This document shows positions 21,155 through 34,313 of a stretch of DNA of 64,000 bases, piece after piece. The stretch covers positions 310,001 to 374,000 of the forward strand of contig JAIVFI010000033.1 of the NCBI GenBank assembly GCA_025558095.1, read 5' to 3'. The notes under the pieces were generated by a model, which searched no databases, was not told where the DNA came from, and saw only the letters and a program-made list of their open reading frames with translations. The position numbers and the translations under genes were made by a program. Numbering within the stretch: the first letter of the stretch is position 1; every line of letters starts with the position of its first letter. Source of the DNA: Hyaloraphidium curvatum SAG 235-1 (Eukaryota > Fungi > Monoblepharomycota).

Positions 21155-24100
21155 ATGGCCGCCACGGACGTGGTCGAATTGGACCCGGACTCTCCCGAGG
21201 AGGAGGTCGTTGCCGATGGGGACTACTACGCCGAGGAGGGCGCGACGGACAATGAATCCGAAGCGGATGGATCCGCCGAGGAACCCGAAGAGGGCCGATC
21301 AGCCGCGGCGCCGGCGGCGCCTCTGGTGATCAAGCTGACGCACCTGACGGTGCCCGCAAAGCGGACACGGCAGCAAAAGCCGCGGACGAACTTTACCGAG
21401 GCCGACAGGAAGCGCCTCCTGGCGGTCTTTGCCGAGACTCCCAACCCGAAACCGGAGCGCATCCTCGAGGTGGGCTCGAATGGCTTCCGTGCCCGTTTTT
21501 CTTGCAGCTCACGTGCCGCGCACCCAAACCCGCAGCTGGCGCAGGAACTGAAGAAGGAGAAGGAGGTGGGACGCATGCTGCATCGTCTCCCGTGCATGAT
21601 CTGACGCTATGTGTCGAACCAGCCCGTCAGACAATGGTTTTCTCGGCAGCGCCGTGCCGGGCTCAAGGCCGCCAGTGCCTCGCCCATGCGGCCTCCTTCC
21701 GCGCCCGCGGTTCCTTTCGCCGCCGCCCCGCCCGGCGTGCACCCAGCCTCGCTTTCCACCACCATCAAGCTCCCCCTCCCCCCGTCACTCACCGTGCCGA
21801 CCGCCGCCGGGTCCATCCCGATGCAGGCGAGCCCCACTTCCCTCTCTCCCACCCTCCCCCTCAAGCTGAAGCCGCAGCCGCTGCAGACCCTGCTGGACAG
21901 GAGCCAGGTCCGGCGCGACTCGGAGGTCCTGTCCCCGGTCACCCCGGGCTCGGCGACCGACAGCGATTCGGACGATTCCCAGGGGAGCACGGGGTCCGTC
22001 GGCCAGATACAGGCGCTGCTGGCAAACCCCGCGGCTCCGCTCACGCGGGAGCACTTTGCGGGCCTGATCCGGTACATGAAGCGCATATCCAAGGAGGCGC
22101 CCAAGTCCGCGGACAAGGACCTCCGCATACCCGTGCTGAAGCGCGTGTCTTCGCTCTCCGCGGCGCTTTTGGCAGAGTGGGAACGGCCCGCGTTTCTCGT
22201 CGGGAGCGCGTCCGTTTATGCCGTCCGCTTCCAGGATCAGCGCCAACAAGAACTTCCTCTCCCAGCTCAAGAAGTGGGCCTACACCTGGAAGGACTCGGA
22301 AACGCAGCTGATGCTGGCGATGTTTGATGTGGGTTTCCTTGATTTCGCGCCGAACGTTTTCTCATTATCACTGACCGCGCGACGCAGCTGTGGCCCAAGC
22401 TAACGATCAACCGCGACCAGCTCGTCGAGTACGGGTTTGGAAAGGTGGCCAAGAAGATCTCCGGGAAGAACCCGGACAAATGTAGGCGGTTCGGAAAAGA
22501 ACTGCGTAGTTTCATCGGCTCACGTGTTCTGCAGCGGTGGCGAAAAGGGCCGGGGATCTCGTGGAGATGTGGAGGGAACGGTTTCTGGCCAACCAAGGTA
22601 GGCTCCGCCAGTCGCCGACGTTTGTCACGCCGTGCGCTAACGTCCGCTCTTCAGATGGTCCCGGAGCTGGCGATGCACCTGCGAAGTCCGTGGAGGAGAA
22701 AAAGCCCCGTCCTGCGCCGAAAGAGGACGGGGTGGAAGCGAAGCCGAAGCAAATGAAGCCCAAAGTGGAAGTCAAACCCGAAGCCACGAAGCCCGCCGAC
22801 GCGAAAGTGAAGGTCGAGGCTTCCAAAGCCAAGGCCCCCGAGATCAAGGCGGAGGGCAAGGCCGGCTCGGCTCCTCCACGGCCGGCCGGTGCGCCCGCAA
22901 AACCGGCCGCTGGTGCGAAGCCTCCCGTGCCCGCCGCAAAACCCGCGCCCGCGGCGCCGGCCAAAGCCTCAAACTTCGACGTTTTCCGCGATCTGCTCGA
23001 TCCCATGGAGTACAAGACCAAGGTGAAGAAGCAGGACGCAGCGCAGCAGGCCAGCGCGAGGGCCAAAGAGCTGCAGGAGGACCTCGACGTCGTCGAGGAA
23101 GTCCGTCCGGAAACGCACGATGCGGGCGTCCCGCCCGACTATGCGGAGGACATGATGCTGCCGCCGATCGAAGGGGACGGGGACGACATGCACGCGCCTT
23201 ACCTGGAGGACTACATGGAGCTGGAGTATCCGGGCAAGCGGCCCGGGGCCGAGGACGCCGGGCCGGATGGTCCGACGGTGAAGCGTGCACGGACGGATAG
23301 CAGTTTCGGGATTCCGGGCTTTTCGGCTGTGCCCGTCCGCGGAATCCTGAAGAAGGTGCCCAAACGGTCCGGCAAGAAGGTCCGCTGGGCCTCGGAAGAC
23401 GCGCTGCGGATGGTCCGCGTCTTTGTGCCCGACGAATCGGAGATCAACCATGAACGGAGGTACCGCAACGCGAGGGATATGGATGTCAGCGAGGGACGCC
23501 AAGCAATGGACAGCATCCGCAATCTCATGCAGCCGGCGCTCAAGGAGTGGCCCGGTCATTTGCAGCGTACGTGCTTTTGCTTATCCATCGAGGTCGGTTC
23601 TGACCCTTTCGGATCAGGTCTTGTCCTTCCAGCGTGGGATCCGGCAATGGTCGCTGTACCCGGTGCCGAGAGCACCGAGCGAGAAGTGCAGGAGCGCAGG
23701 GATCGCACGGTTCTCGAACTTTCGTTCGACGTTGGTCCTCCACCGGACAATCCCAAGGAGCCCGACCCCGGCGCGCCCACGGCCGAGGTGATCCCGAAAG
23801 AGATCCGATTGGACCCGATCGGCGCACCGCCGTTCGAGCTGCCTGCCCTAGCGAGCTCGGCGACGTACTCGTTGCCGGTTCCGGGCGGCACCTTCCAACC
23901 CGTGGCTCTCGGAGGAAGCGACGCAATGTCGTGGGACGGGAGACCACCTACGTGGTCACCGCCACAAGAGCAAGGATTCCCAGCCCAAGCTCTGAGCGCC
24001 AGCAACCTGTCTTCCCTGGCTGCCCTGCTGCAGCAGAGCCAAGGACAGTACGCTGCCCAACCCGCGCAACAGAACACGTACGGCGGTTTCGGCAGCACCG

Positions 24101-24711
24101 GACACGGGCCGCCTCCACAGCAGAGCCATTCGTACCCTGGATACCCTGCGCACAGCCAAAGCACGATGGTCGGCCAATCCTTCTCCGGTCAGCAGAGTCC
24201 ACCATACCAGGGATCCGGGGCGCAGCAGTACGGAACTTACGGCCAGGGACAGAATTTCGAGGCGGCGCAGTTGCTGGAGAACGTCAGCCGGGTCATGCAG
24301 ACACTCCCTGGTTTCGCTCAGGCAGCGCAACCCTCGATGCATCCCGTGTCTTCTTTTTCGCAGGCATCTTACCCGCAGACTTCTACATCGTATCCGTCGC
24401 AGTCCACAGGATCATACCCGCAGACTTCAGCAGCACCGTACGGCGCGGACAATCAGGCATGGAATACCCAGGGACAATCCAGCTTCCACGGGGACACGGG
24501 CTCGGGTCGGGGTCGCGGGGGTTTCAGGGGGGGAGGACGTCAGGGCATTCTGCCCGGTGGCGGGTACGAGAATCCGAAGCCGTGCAAGTTCTTTGAGAAA
24601 GGGCGTTGCCGGAACGGACAAAAGTGCTGGAATCTACATTGTGACCAGCGCGGGCAGATTGTCGAGGTCACCGACGGTTCCCTAAGACTCGCCCAGCGGT
24701 CAGGAACATGA
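21155..24711 (+). CDS. PPP1R10: PNUTS/Ref2/Ppn1-like PP1 regulatory subunit with an N-terminal homeodomain
   Basis: Spliced homeodomain; TFIIS-N-like domain (LVEYGFGKVAKK...LVEMW); PP1 motifs GILK, KVRW and VRVF; STEREVQERR...PDNPKEPD; C-terminal CCCH finger CKFFEKGRCRNGQKCWNLH. Confidence 0.8.
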
Positions 24712-24736
24712 CCAACGCAGCCAGCTCATCCCCCCA

Positions 24737-27148
24737 TCACCGACCCCCGGCGAACATTTTCAGGGCCAGCGTCGGCCACTTCTTCAGGACCTGCGAGAGC
24801 GCGGTGTTTGGCAACTGAAGAGGTGCAGGGGAGCGAGGCATTCACCTCTCTCTGCGCCGATGCCGCGGTCCTGAACATGACAATCTGCATCGTCTCGGCC
24901 TCTGTCCGACTCAGCGCGATCGCCTGCAGTGGCAGCCAGGGTAAATGGCATGTAGCCGACATCGGATACCCGGAAGAGACGTGTTGGTCTTGTGAGCATT
25001 ACCTTGTCGAACTTGTCCATCGCCTCCTCGACACGGTTCTGCTGCATCAGGATCTGCGCCCACTGGCTGTACGCCAGGTCGCACTTGGGGTCGACCTCCG
25101 TTGCCTTCACGCAGCACTTCTCCGCCTTGACGAGGTCCTGCTGATTGAGGTACAGGAAGGCCTTGTTCATGTAGGCCAGAGGGCTGACGGGCCGTAGTCG
25201 GATGGCCTTGTCGAAGTTCTGCTGCGCGTCATCCAGCTTGCCCTGGTCGAGCAAGATCTCGCCGTAGTAGTTGCGGACATCTGCCGAATTGGGGTACTTT
25301 CGAAGAATCTCCTCGAACCTTGTGCGAAGCGTTAACGCCACCTCCAGCCGGCGATCCAAAGGCACGTACTTTGCCATCGCGGTCTGGATATCGCCCATTC
25401 GGTAGTGGATGACCGCGATCTGAATGTGGTTGAAGACAAATTCAGGATCCAGCTCCAGAGCCTTCTCGTAATCCTCGAGGGCACTAGGATAATCGCTGAG
25501 CAGGAACTTGATCTGTCCTCTGTGGTAGTAGATGTCCGGATCGTTCGCGTTGATCTCGGATGCCCTGCGAGCCGGCAATCGTTGTCAAGGAATGTCATGA
25601 AGCACCTGGCGCGGCTCCAACCTCTCGAACTCCTCGAGAGCTCGCTGGACATCGCCCTTCTCCATTTGGCAACCGGCAAACTTGATTATGCTGTTGGTGT
25701 TGTTCGGGTCCTCCGCAAGCGAGCTCTCAAAGTCCGACATCGCGTCATCGACTGCAGTATGAGAGCGGACTGTTCAAAACCAGCACAGGGGAACGACAAC
25801 GCAGCTGCCAACCTTCCCCGAGAAGGAAGTTCAAGGTGCCGCGCAGGTTGTACGCTTCCGACTTGAATTTGTCCGATACGCCGATTTCGAATGCTTTCTT
25901 GATGTCCTCGAAAGCCTGGGGGAAGTTCCGAGCAGCGATGGACCGGACGGCCGTACGGAGAGCGGCATCGCCCGATCCTTCCTCGGCATCCTCGAGGCCA
26001 GCTTCGCTGTAGACTAGATCCAGGTGCGGATCAGCGACGACGATGAACGTTGTGACTGGCGATTCCACCTTTGCGGAAGGAATCCAGGTAGGCGGAAATG
26101 AAGACTCCAGACGGCAGCTGCTTCGCCCCAGTTCTTGACTTGGTAATCTCCTCCGCCTTTTCCTTCGCAACCTCCTTCAGAACCCGGTCCGTCGACTGCA
26201 CCGTCGCTTCGACCTTGAACTCCTCGATGATGCACATCGCCGTGTAGTCCACCAGCGCGTTGTACCAGTCCGACTTCTTGTCGTAGGCCTGTGCTCGCCT
26301 CCCAAGAGCCTTCAGGTACAGAGGATTCAACCTCAGTGCCTCGTTGCAGTCCGCGATACATTCGTCCAGCTGGCCCAAGTTCGTGAAGCATGCTAGTCGC
26401 CGACGTTGTTCCAGATGAACGAGAGACTACCACTCGGCCGAGGACCCTCACCTGCCCGGTTGCTGTAGTAGATGGCTTCTTCAGGGTTCGCCTCAATGGC
26501 CTGAAAGGCGAAAGGGTCAGCGATTCGCTCTCGGATGAGCTGAGTTGCCCACCTCAGTGTAGGCCTCGATTGCCTCGGCAAACTTCCGCTGCTGATAGAG
26601 CTGGTTGCCCCTGTTCTTCGCGTCCTTACTCCTCTGCGCTTTCTCCTGAAACCGGCCAGTGAAGGCCCGTTAGTCCTCGCCCTTCGCAGAAAAAGAGCGG
26701 GGAGCACCTCCGGAGTCAGCTTCGACGCGTCCACCGGGGCTTTTGCAGGGCTTCCGGTAGGCGACGCAGCTTCCGGAGGAGGAGTCGCCACGTCCGAGGC
26801 TCCATCGGCTACATTCACGACGAGATCCGTTCGGCGGTCAGGTCGATCCAGGCATTGACAGCATTGGAACCCACCGCGTTCCTCATCGGTCTTCTCCTGC
26901 GCCTTTGAGCTCTTCTTCTTCTTCGATTTACTGGGAGTGGCAGGCTCGCTCGCCGGCTTCGACGCGTCAGTCGCCGAGGAAGAGGAGGAGGAGGATTTGA
27001 CGAGGTAGTATCCGAGGCCGGCTACGGCCACCACGGCCACGGCGCCGCCAATGACATATAGACGGTTGTCTTCGTCCAGCAATTGTGCTCGCAAGCTGGC
27101 GAGCACGCCGGAGGACGGCAACGCCGCCGTCCCAGCGACCGGCGCCAT
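24737..27148 (-). CDS. TOM70: Mitochondrial import receptor Tom70
   Basis: N-terminal anchor YVIGGAVAVVAVAGLGYYL; TPRs (KNRGNQLY, YYSNRA, YLKALGRRA, DIYYHRGQ, NYYGEILLDQ); about 11 introns. Confidence 0.93.
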
Positions 27149-27330
27149 GGTTGCGTGTGAGGTGGCGGCCAGCGTTGAGTCGGACTCAACACGGTCGAAA
27201 ACAAAAGAGATCGTTTGGCCAAGGCTTTCGTAAAGCATAGAGGGCGTTGAATCGTTTGAATTTAAATTAGCATGCTCCCTACATAATGGCATCCGTGGTT
27301 GAGTCCAGTGGCGTCCGTGGCATTCCAAGC

Positions 27331-28454
27331 TCAGGCAAATTGCAAGACGATGTTGGTTGTGTCTGTTCGGTCGTCCATTAGCAACCACGGGGATCGATGT
27401 TCCTCCATGACCCACTATCATCGATCTCGATGCGCTCCATGGCTGCCAGGGACTCGCGCGTCAAGTCCTCGCTCGCCTGCTGCGGATCCGTATGCCGGCC
27501 CAGGATGGCGATGACCTCCTCGTTCGTCAGTCCTTCATAGACCCCGTCGCTCCCAATCACGACGTAAGCGAGATCAGGGGTGATGTCGATCTCTACCACG
27601 TCGGGATCAGGTATGACCCCTAGCCGCTTGGCAACGGTGTCGCCAAGCGCCCGCGTGACGACGAGCCTGGCAGGCGCAAAGAAAAGACAATGAGCAGGAA
27701 GCAGGTTGCGGAGAACACGATCCTTCAGCGGTGCACGAGCGCGGGCCTGGCACGGCATCGCTCACCCAGGATATGGCAGCGACCCCTTGAATATCCGATA
27801 AGGCCCGAGGTGACCCTCGTCGACGTAAAGACGATCTACTCGCGCCCCCGCGGCGACAACCCTGTTCATCTCCTCGGGCTCGTTGCAATTGTGATCCCTG
27901 CGGTGGCGCCGCGGGCGCGCTCAGACGCCATCCCCATTGGAGCGCGACCGGTGCCTCCGTACCGTGTAATCTGCTCCGCTCGCAGTGTCCCGTCCGGATT
28001 CCGGCGCCCGGCCACGACCCGGCTGTCCCCGACGTGGGCAATCGTGAGCCTCCGTGACGAGGTCCACACAAAGACCACGGCCGCCGTCGTGCCAGACATG
28101 TACGTGTCGATCCGCGAGTCTTCGCAGAGCGCATCGTTCATGTTCCGGAAGAGCGTGACGAGCGTCGACTTGCGGTCCGCGTGGAACGCATCCCGCCGCC
28201 GCTGCAACCAGTCCGGGAGGGTGTTCTTGACGAACATCGCGGTCTTCTCGCCATCGTTGCCTGCAAAACGACGTCGGACGGAGCCTGGAAGGCCGCAACC
28301 GGCGGTGCCCACCGTGGCCGTCGAAGACTCCGAAGCACGCGCAGGGCTCGATGTTCGAGTCCGGGAACAGGCTCGCCACCACGAGGTAGTCGTCCTGTTG
28401 CGTGGGGCGCCGGCCCACGTCTGTGCTGGCACCGACCGATAATGCCCGGGCCAT
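27331..28454 (-). CDS. PP2C/PPM family protein phosphatase
   Basis: GRRPTQQD, FGVFDGHG, SGTTA, AHVGDSR, TRALGD, IGSDGVYE, DNTTNIVLQF*; 4 introns. Confidence 0.92.
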
Positions 28455-28620
28455 GGAGAAGACGATCGGGCTGGAACCGAGGTGGACGGGGCCAAGTGGG
28501 GGAGGGAGCCCCTGATGCGCCCTGGGAATCCGCGGGCACTGTGCACACCGCACCGCCGACGACGCCACACCGAACAGATGACAGAGATCTCTAGGGTATG
28601 CAAGAAGCTACGAAGGTACA

Positions 28621-31111
28621 TCAAGAAACTACGCCGAGGAGTCCCAATTGGTTGAGGAAGGCTTTGGGATTCAACATTTCGCTGCAGGGAACGGCGTCAG
28701 AGACGAGGCGTTGCCTCTGCAGTGGAAACGCACCTGCTGCCATAAATCACGCGTCGCTTCGTCCGCTGAGGATCGAATGGTCAGAACTTTGAGGGTCCAA
28801 CAGAATGCACTCCGGAAGGCGTACCTGGGCCATCTCCAGGAGGTTTTGGTACTCCAAGTAGTTGCCGCCACCGACAACGAAAACGATCGCCTCCTGGAAC
28901 GGCGCCCGGATCCTCGTCGCCTTCTTCCCCCGGCCGGCTTTCGGATCGTAGTATCCGTACTCGTCGGCCTCCGGGGATTGGGAGTTGTCCATTATCGCCT
29001 CCACCGTCCGGGTTACGGGAAGATCCTTCCGGGTCGGAAGCATGTTCCGGACGCCGGAAACGAGGTTCTCGTAGGCGCCACCGACGTTGGACATCAGCGT
29101 CCCTTCCTTCAGATTCTCCGTCAGCTGCAAGTGCGAGTGGTCAGCAATCGTTTGCTTGGTGCCGCCCCGGGTGACACACCTTGTTGCCGAACGAGGCAAA
29201 CTTACTGAAGAGGTCAGCGGGCGTAGATACGCCGGCCAACGAAGGAACGGCGGCCTGAGCAGCAGCGGACGAGGCCGATGTCATGCGGCCGAACGCTCGG
29301 AGTCTGAACAAGGCACAAGATCAGTTTGGTCCGCGGCGGCGACGTGAGGCCTGTGCGCACTTTTCGATGTACTTGACGGGAGCCATCTCGCAACCGGCCT
29401 CCTGGAGCAGCTTCTTCAGTTCCGCCATGTCCTCCTTCGAGACGTCCTCTGTCCGCGTCAGCAGCCAAATGAGGAACAGCCGCAGCTTGTCCTCCGCGGT
29501 GCCTTTGGGCTTCCGCAGGCTGTCCATCATCTGCGGCACCGAGTGTCGCTGTATCGCCTCCTCCGTGGCAAAGTACTCGTCCAAACCCCGATCCTTGATC
29601 GCGTTGAGCAGGTTCGTGGCAATGCCCATGTGGGTATCAATTGTCCGTTTCCGTTCCGTAAGCTCCGGAAGCTGCGTGATGGCAGACTTCAAGTACTTGG
29701 CGCTGGCAGAAAAGTCACTGGATGGCGGCGCTCATCAGCCGCAGGCGCTCGCCGTGCTCGGTTGACACCCACTTAAGCGCCTCCCCAATCTCCTCGAGGG
29801 AACTGACGTGGTTCGCCTTGGTCACCTCGTCCACGTCCTTTTTGTACTTGTTGATCTCGGCGTCGACGTCTTCTGCGACCTGTGGGAACGGGTTCCCGGC
29901 GTTCCGATTCCAGAAAAAGTCGTTGGCCTCCAGATCGTGTGCCCGCCGCGATTTGTGGCCCTTCTCCTCCACGGTCACCACCACCCGGTTCAGCTTCATG
30001 TCGAGGACATCGTGCACCAAGGGAGCATAGGTCCAATTGTGAGAAAGCATCGAGAGCAGATCCAGGTTCCGGTCCAAGAGGATGACAGCTGGGAATCGCA
30101 ACACCTTCAGCTCCAACTCTGGTACGGCCACAAAGGCCTACCCACCTGGACGACCGAACGCTCCCGAAAGCGCTTCGCTCGAGAAAATGCTCGACTTGCT
30201 GTTCAGCAGATGATCCCGAAACTTCGTGTCCAGCTTCTGCGCGACCATCTCTGCCGCGTTCCCCTTGGAACACCGGATAAGGGGTACGCTCCCCAACGTC
30301 GCGCACACGCTGAACAGGGAGCCGACAATCCTATCGAGATTCGCTTCGATGCTGCTGTCGGCGGCGGTGGGGTCGTTGAGGGCGTGGTAGGAAAGGGACA
30401 TGTTGAGAGAAAACAGGTGGTTCTCCAGGCAGATGTAGTTGAGGTACTGGTCGTAGACCTGCGCAATCAGGCTGGAGCTGTTTGACGCGATCGTTTCCGT
30501 GGCAAGCTCTTCCAGGAGGGGTCGGGGGATGGCAGAGGAGAAGTTGAGGTAGAAGGACTCGTACAGGTTCTTGGCGAGGTCCTGTCGACGGACGTTGCCG
30601 AGCACCCATCAGATTCAAAGCGGAGCGACGCGCGGACGCCTGTTTCCCACTTCGCTGACCCGCTTGATGTTCTGCTGGTTCGGCTCCACAAAGTAGATGG
30701 CCGGCACGTCGGGAATCGGCTGCCGATCCGACATGAGCGGCCTGCGGCAAGATTGAAGGGTGGGAGAAGGCACATGTCCCTCAGCCAAGGCCAGAAGATC
30801 GGCGAAGGGCCCGCGAACGAACATGTGAACGGTCACACCCTGCTCCCGGAGGTTGTTGATCTTCAGCAGCGGCGAGATGATGTCCTGCCCTATCTGGTCG
30901 TACACCAGGACCTTCCAGACGGGTTCCGCCGGCTGACTCGGTCCGTCGGCCTGTTCCGGCTCCCGGGCGTTGAGCTGGAGCATGCTCTTGATTGCGGCTG
31001 CGGACCCCGTCCAGCACAACGACGCGTCGTCGGGGCTCAGCGGCGCCGAGCTGAATGCCAGAAGCGGGTCCTACCGATCTGAAGATCGCGCAATGACTTG
31101 GAAGAAGACAT
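28621..31111 (-). CDS. SLY1: Sec1/Munc18 family ER-Golgi protein Sly1
   Basis: [64 protein letters not shown]. Confidence 0.95.
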
Positions 31112-31365
31112 GGCGGCGGGACTCAGTTCATCGACGTGGCAGCATGAGTTGCGTGTGGACCCGTTGCGCTGGCCGCGGGCACCGAATTGACGAGTCCCGA
31201 GGCGGCAACGCCCTTCGATCCATCCTCAAGCCCCAAGAGCAAGCCGGAAAGGCAACAATCATAGCCATCGCATGTAATTCATGCGTCAATTGCGCCGGAC
31301 AATCAGTGCCGGCGGCCCTCTCTCAAGCCAGCAGGTTCTAATGTGCTCGCCCTAACATTCCGGAA

Positions 31366-32347
31366 CTAGAGCTTGTTGAAAGCTGCCACGTCGACGGACC
31401 TGGATCCAGTCTGCATCAGAAACGGCTCTGCCGGCGACAAGGAGCGGACTCACTGCACGTGGTCCTCGTCCTCGGCAATCTTCTCCGAGAGGTCGTCGAT
31501 CGACACCTTCTCGTCCTCGACGACGCAGGTGATCTGGAGCTCTGTTTCGGAGTTGATGCGGTTGGAATTGGCCCTGGGTCGGCAACAAGCGAGCTAAACC
31601 CACTCTTGATGCCATAACCGACGGGCACAAGCTTGTGTGCACCCCTGGAAGAGCGAGTTAGAGACCCACATGAACAAAATACGATCTTGGAGGCCTCACC
31701 AGAGAAGGCCGTCCACTGGCAAAGGGGGAGGGAGTCAGACGAGCGCATCATGGGGGCAGCAGCGAACGCACTCTCAATGGCCTTGACGTTCGCCGTCAGC
31801 TCGTCCATGTTGGTCTCGTCGTCCCACGGCTTGACGTCCAGGATGACCTGGGATTTGGCCGTGACGGCAGGCTCTGCAAACGGCGCCATTTAACAATAAC
31901 CCGGGATTCCAACTGGTCGTGCCCACTGGCCGATTTCTTGGCGGCGTACTCCTTGAGCCTCTCCTGCTTGATCCTCTCGGCTTCCTCGTCGACCTCGTCG
32001 TCCGAGGCGAACAGATCGATGTCGTCCTCATCATCTTTCTTCTCTTCAGCCGCCGCGGCAGGCTTCGCCGGCGCCTCCTCGACCTTGAGCTCGGCCACCT
32101 TCTCCGTAACCTCCTGAACCTCCTCCTTCACGGGCTCCTTCCCTTTCCCCTGAGGCTCCTTGGCCTCCTCCTTAGCCGGCTTCTTGGCCTCCTTGGGGGC
32201 GGCCTTCTTCTCCTGCGCGGCCTCCGGCGCCTTGCCCTTGCTGGTGGACGCTCCCACGCCGTAGATTTCGTTCTCGATGTGGATCAGCTCGAGGGCCCGC
32301 AGTTCGGCCCCGGCGAAAGCATCCAGGTAGAGACCAAAGTCGGCCAT
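31366..32347 (-). CDS. EFB1: Translation elongation factor 1B (beta/delta type GEF)
   Basis: [61 protein letters not shown]. Includes a 16-nt microexon at 31700-31715. Confidence 0.93.
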
Positions 32348-32441
32348 GGCGATGAGCAATGTAGCAGGGGCGGCGACGAAAGCTCCGCGATGAGCAGAAA
32401 AGTGGCCGGCGGTCGCGGGTGATCGACGCGCCACAACCAAC

Positions 32442-33655
32442 ATGGCAGCACCGACCCAGCATTCAACGGCCGCCGCTGTGCTGGGGCCGGAGAAGTTCCG
32501 GCGTCTCTATCCGGCTCAGTTCGTCCGGGCGTGCCTCGCCTCCGGAACCCGGCCCGATGGGAGGAGACCGGACGAGCCGCGGAAGGTATCGCTCAACACA
32601 GGCGCGTTCCGACGCGTCCGGGAGATAGAGACGCGCGCCTGACTGGCGCATCAAAGGCTCCATAACCACGGCCGACGGTTCCGCGACGGTCCGGCTAGGC
32701 AGCACCTACGTGACGTGCGGTATCAAGGCCGAAGTGGCCATCCCGCCGGTCTCGGAACCGAAACATGGCTACTTTGGTGGGGCAGAGGCCATCTCGGACA
32801 CGCAAAGCATGCTCTGACAACCATGCGGCCGATCCAGTTCCAAACCTTGACCTCCCGGCAATGTGCTCGCCGAGGTTCCCGCGGGGTGCCCCCGGGCAGC
32901 TGACCCAGGCGCTATCGTGGCGCCTCTACGAAATGTGCACACGGTAGGAGACGGAATTCGGGCGGCCATAACGGTTTCTGAGCCGGCGTTGGCTGCAGCT
33001 GTGGGATGCTTCCGCTGGAAACACTTTGCCTCGAGGAAGGGAAGGTGGCGTGCCTTCTGCACTTCTGTGCTGACGTTTCGTGAGCCCTGATCGTCGGAGG
33101 CAGGCGTGCTGGGTCCTTTATGCGGACATCGTGTGCCTCAATTACGCGGGCAACGTTTTCGACGCGGCGGTGCTCGCACTTGTTTCGGCCCTCCGAAACC
33201 GTGAGGGCGCCCTGGGCTGTATCCCTCGTGCGGTGACATTGATCGTCTTGCCCGAACCAGTGCGGCTTCCTGTGGCCAAGTATGACGACGAAGCGGGGAT
33301 CGTAACTGCGACGCCGACAAAGGACCAGAAGGTGGATCTTGTTCGGGTGCCCATCTCTGTTTCGTGCGCCGTGCTAGACGAGTAAGCTGCCCCGCAATTC
33401 GTTGTCGTCCTCCCCCTAAGAGCCACTGCCGGCTCCGCTTCCAGCACCTTCCTCCTCGATCCCACCGACGAAGAGGAGGATGTTTCCGGGGCCGCCGTCA
33501 CGGTTGTGATTGACGAGAAAGGGACATTCTGCGGCGTCTACAAAGCCGGGAGGCAACCTCTGACCCAGCAACAGATGCAGGCGGCGTTCCGGATTGCGAA
33601 GGAACGCAGCGCAGCGCTCCGAAAGATGCTCCCAGGCGAGACCTCGACCGGCTAG
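32442..33655 (+). CDS. RRP43: Exosome core subunit Rrp43/EXOSC8
   Basis: [69 protein letters not shown]. First intron is GC-AG. Confidence 0.92.
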
Positions 33656-33724
33656 ACCACCTCCGGCGCTTCGATCTGAACCGGGCATTCTCTCTGCCGG
33701 CACGGATCGCACGTGGATTCCGGG

Positions 33725-34171
33725 TCAGGACTGGCGGGCGTTGCGCCATGCGGAGACCACCGCGTCAAAGTCTGCGGAATCGGTTCCTGCTGCGCTCTTG
33801 CCCGTCGCCGCACCCGTGCTGGTCTGCTAGGAAGCGCACGTGGTGTTGCGTCAGAACTGCCCTGCAACGCGCGGCTCGGTGACTCTGGTCCTCACCTGGG
33901 AGAGGGCGGCGAGCTTTTTGGCGAGGGCGGCGTTGTGGGCAATAGATTGCTGCAGGTTCTCCAGGAGCACCGTTTTCTTGTCCGCGAGCTCGGCGTTCCT
34001 CGCCGCGAGCTCCTGTATCTCTGCCGCCAGCTCCAGGAGCCGTGTTTTGGCGGTGAGGAGGCTCGAGCGCTGTCCGTCGCGTTCCCCCTCTTCTATCGTG
34101 GCCGAGACCTCCTTCAGGCTCTCCAGGATAAGAACGAAAGAAGCTTCGAGCTGCTCCACGGCGGCTTCCAT
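33725..34171 (-). CDS. Small coiled-coil protein (2 exons)
   Basis: MEAAVEQLEASF...LAALSQ|QTSTG...AWRNARQS*; heptad pattern; GTGAGG...CTGAC...TAG intron. Confidence 0.55.
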
Positions 34172-34313
34172 GGTTGCGGGACGCGGAAATTCGGCGGCTC
34201 CAAAGAGCGACAGCAAGCGCGGGCGCGACTTTCATGTCTCAACAGATCACCTTGCTCTCGCTTCCGTCCATATTCCAGTCGCGGCGCAGCATCTGTCGGC
34301 GCGGCACGGCAGC

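Noticed and set aside
18345-27148. Mitochondrial gene cluster (COQ4, SCO1, TOM70)
   Set aside because: Different pathways, and mitochondrial genes are common among housekeeping genes, so chance is sufficient.
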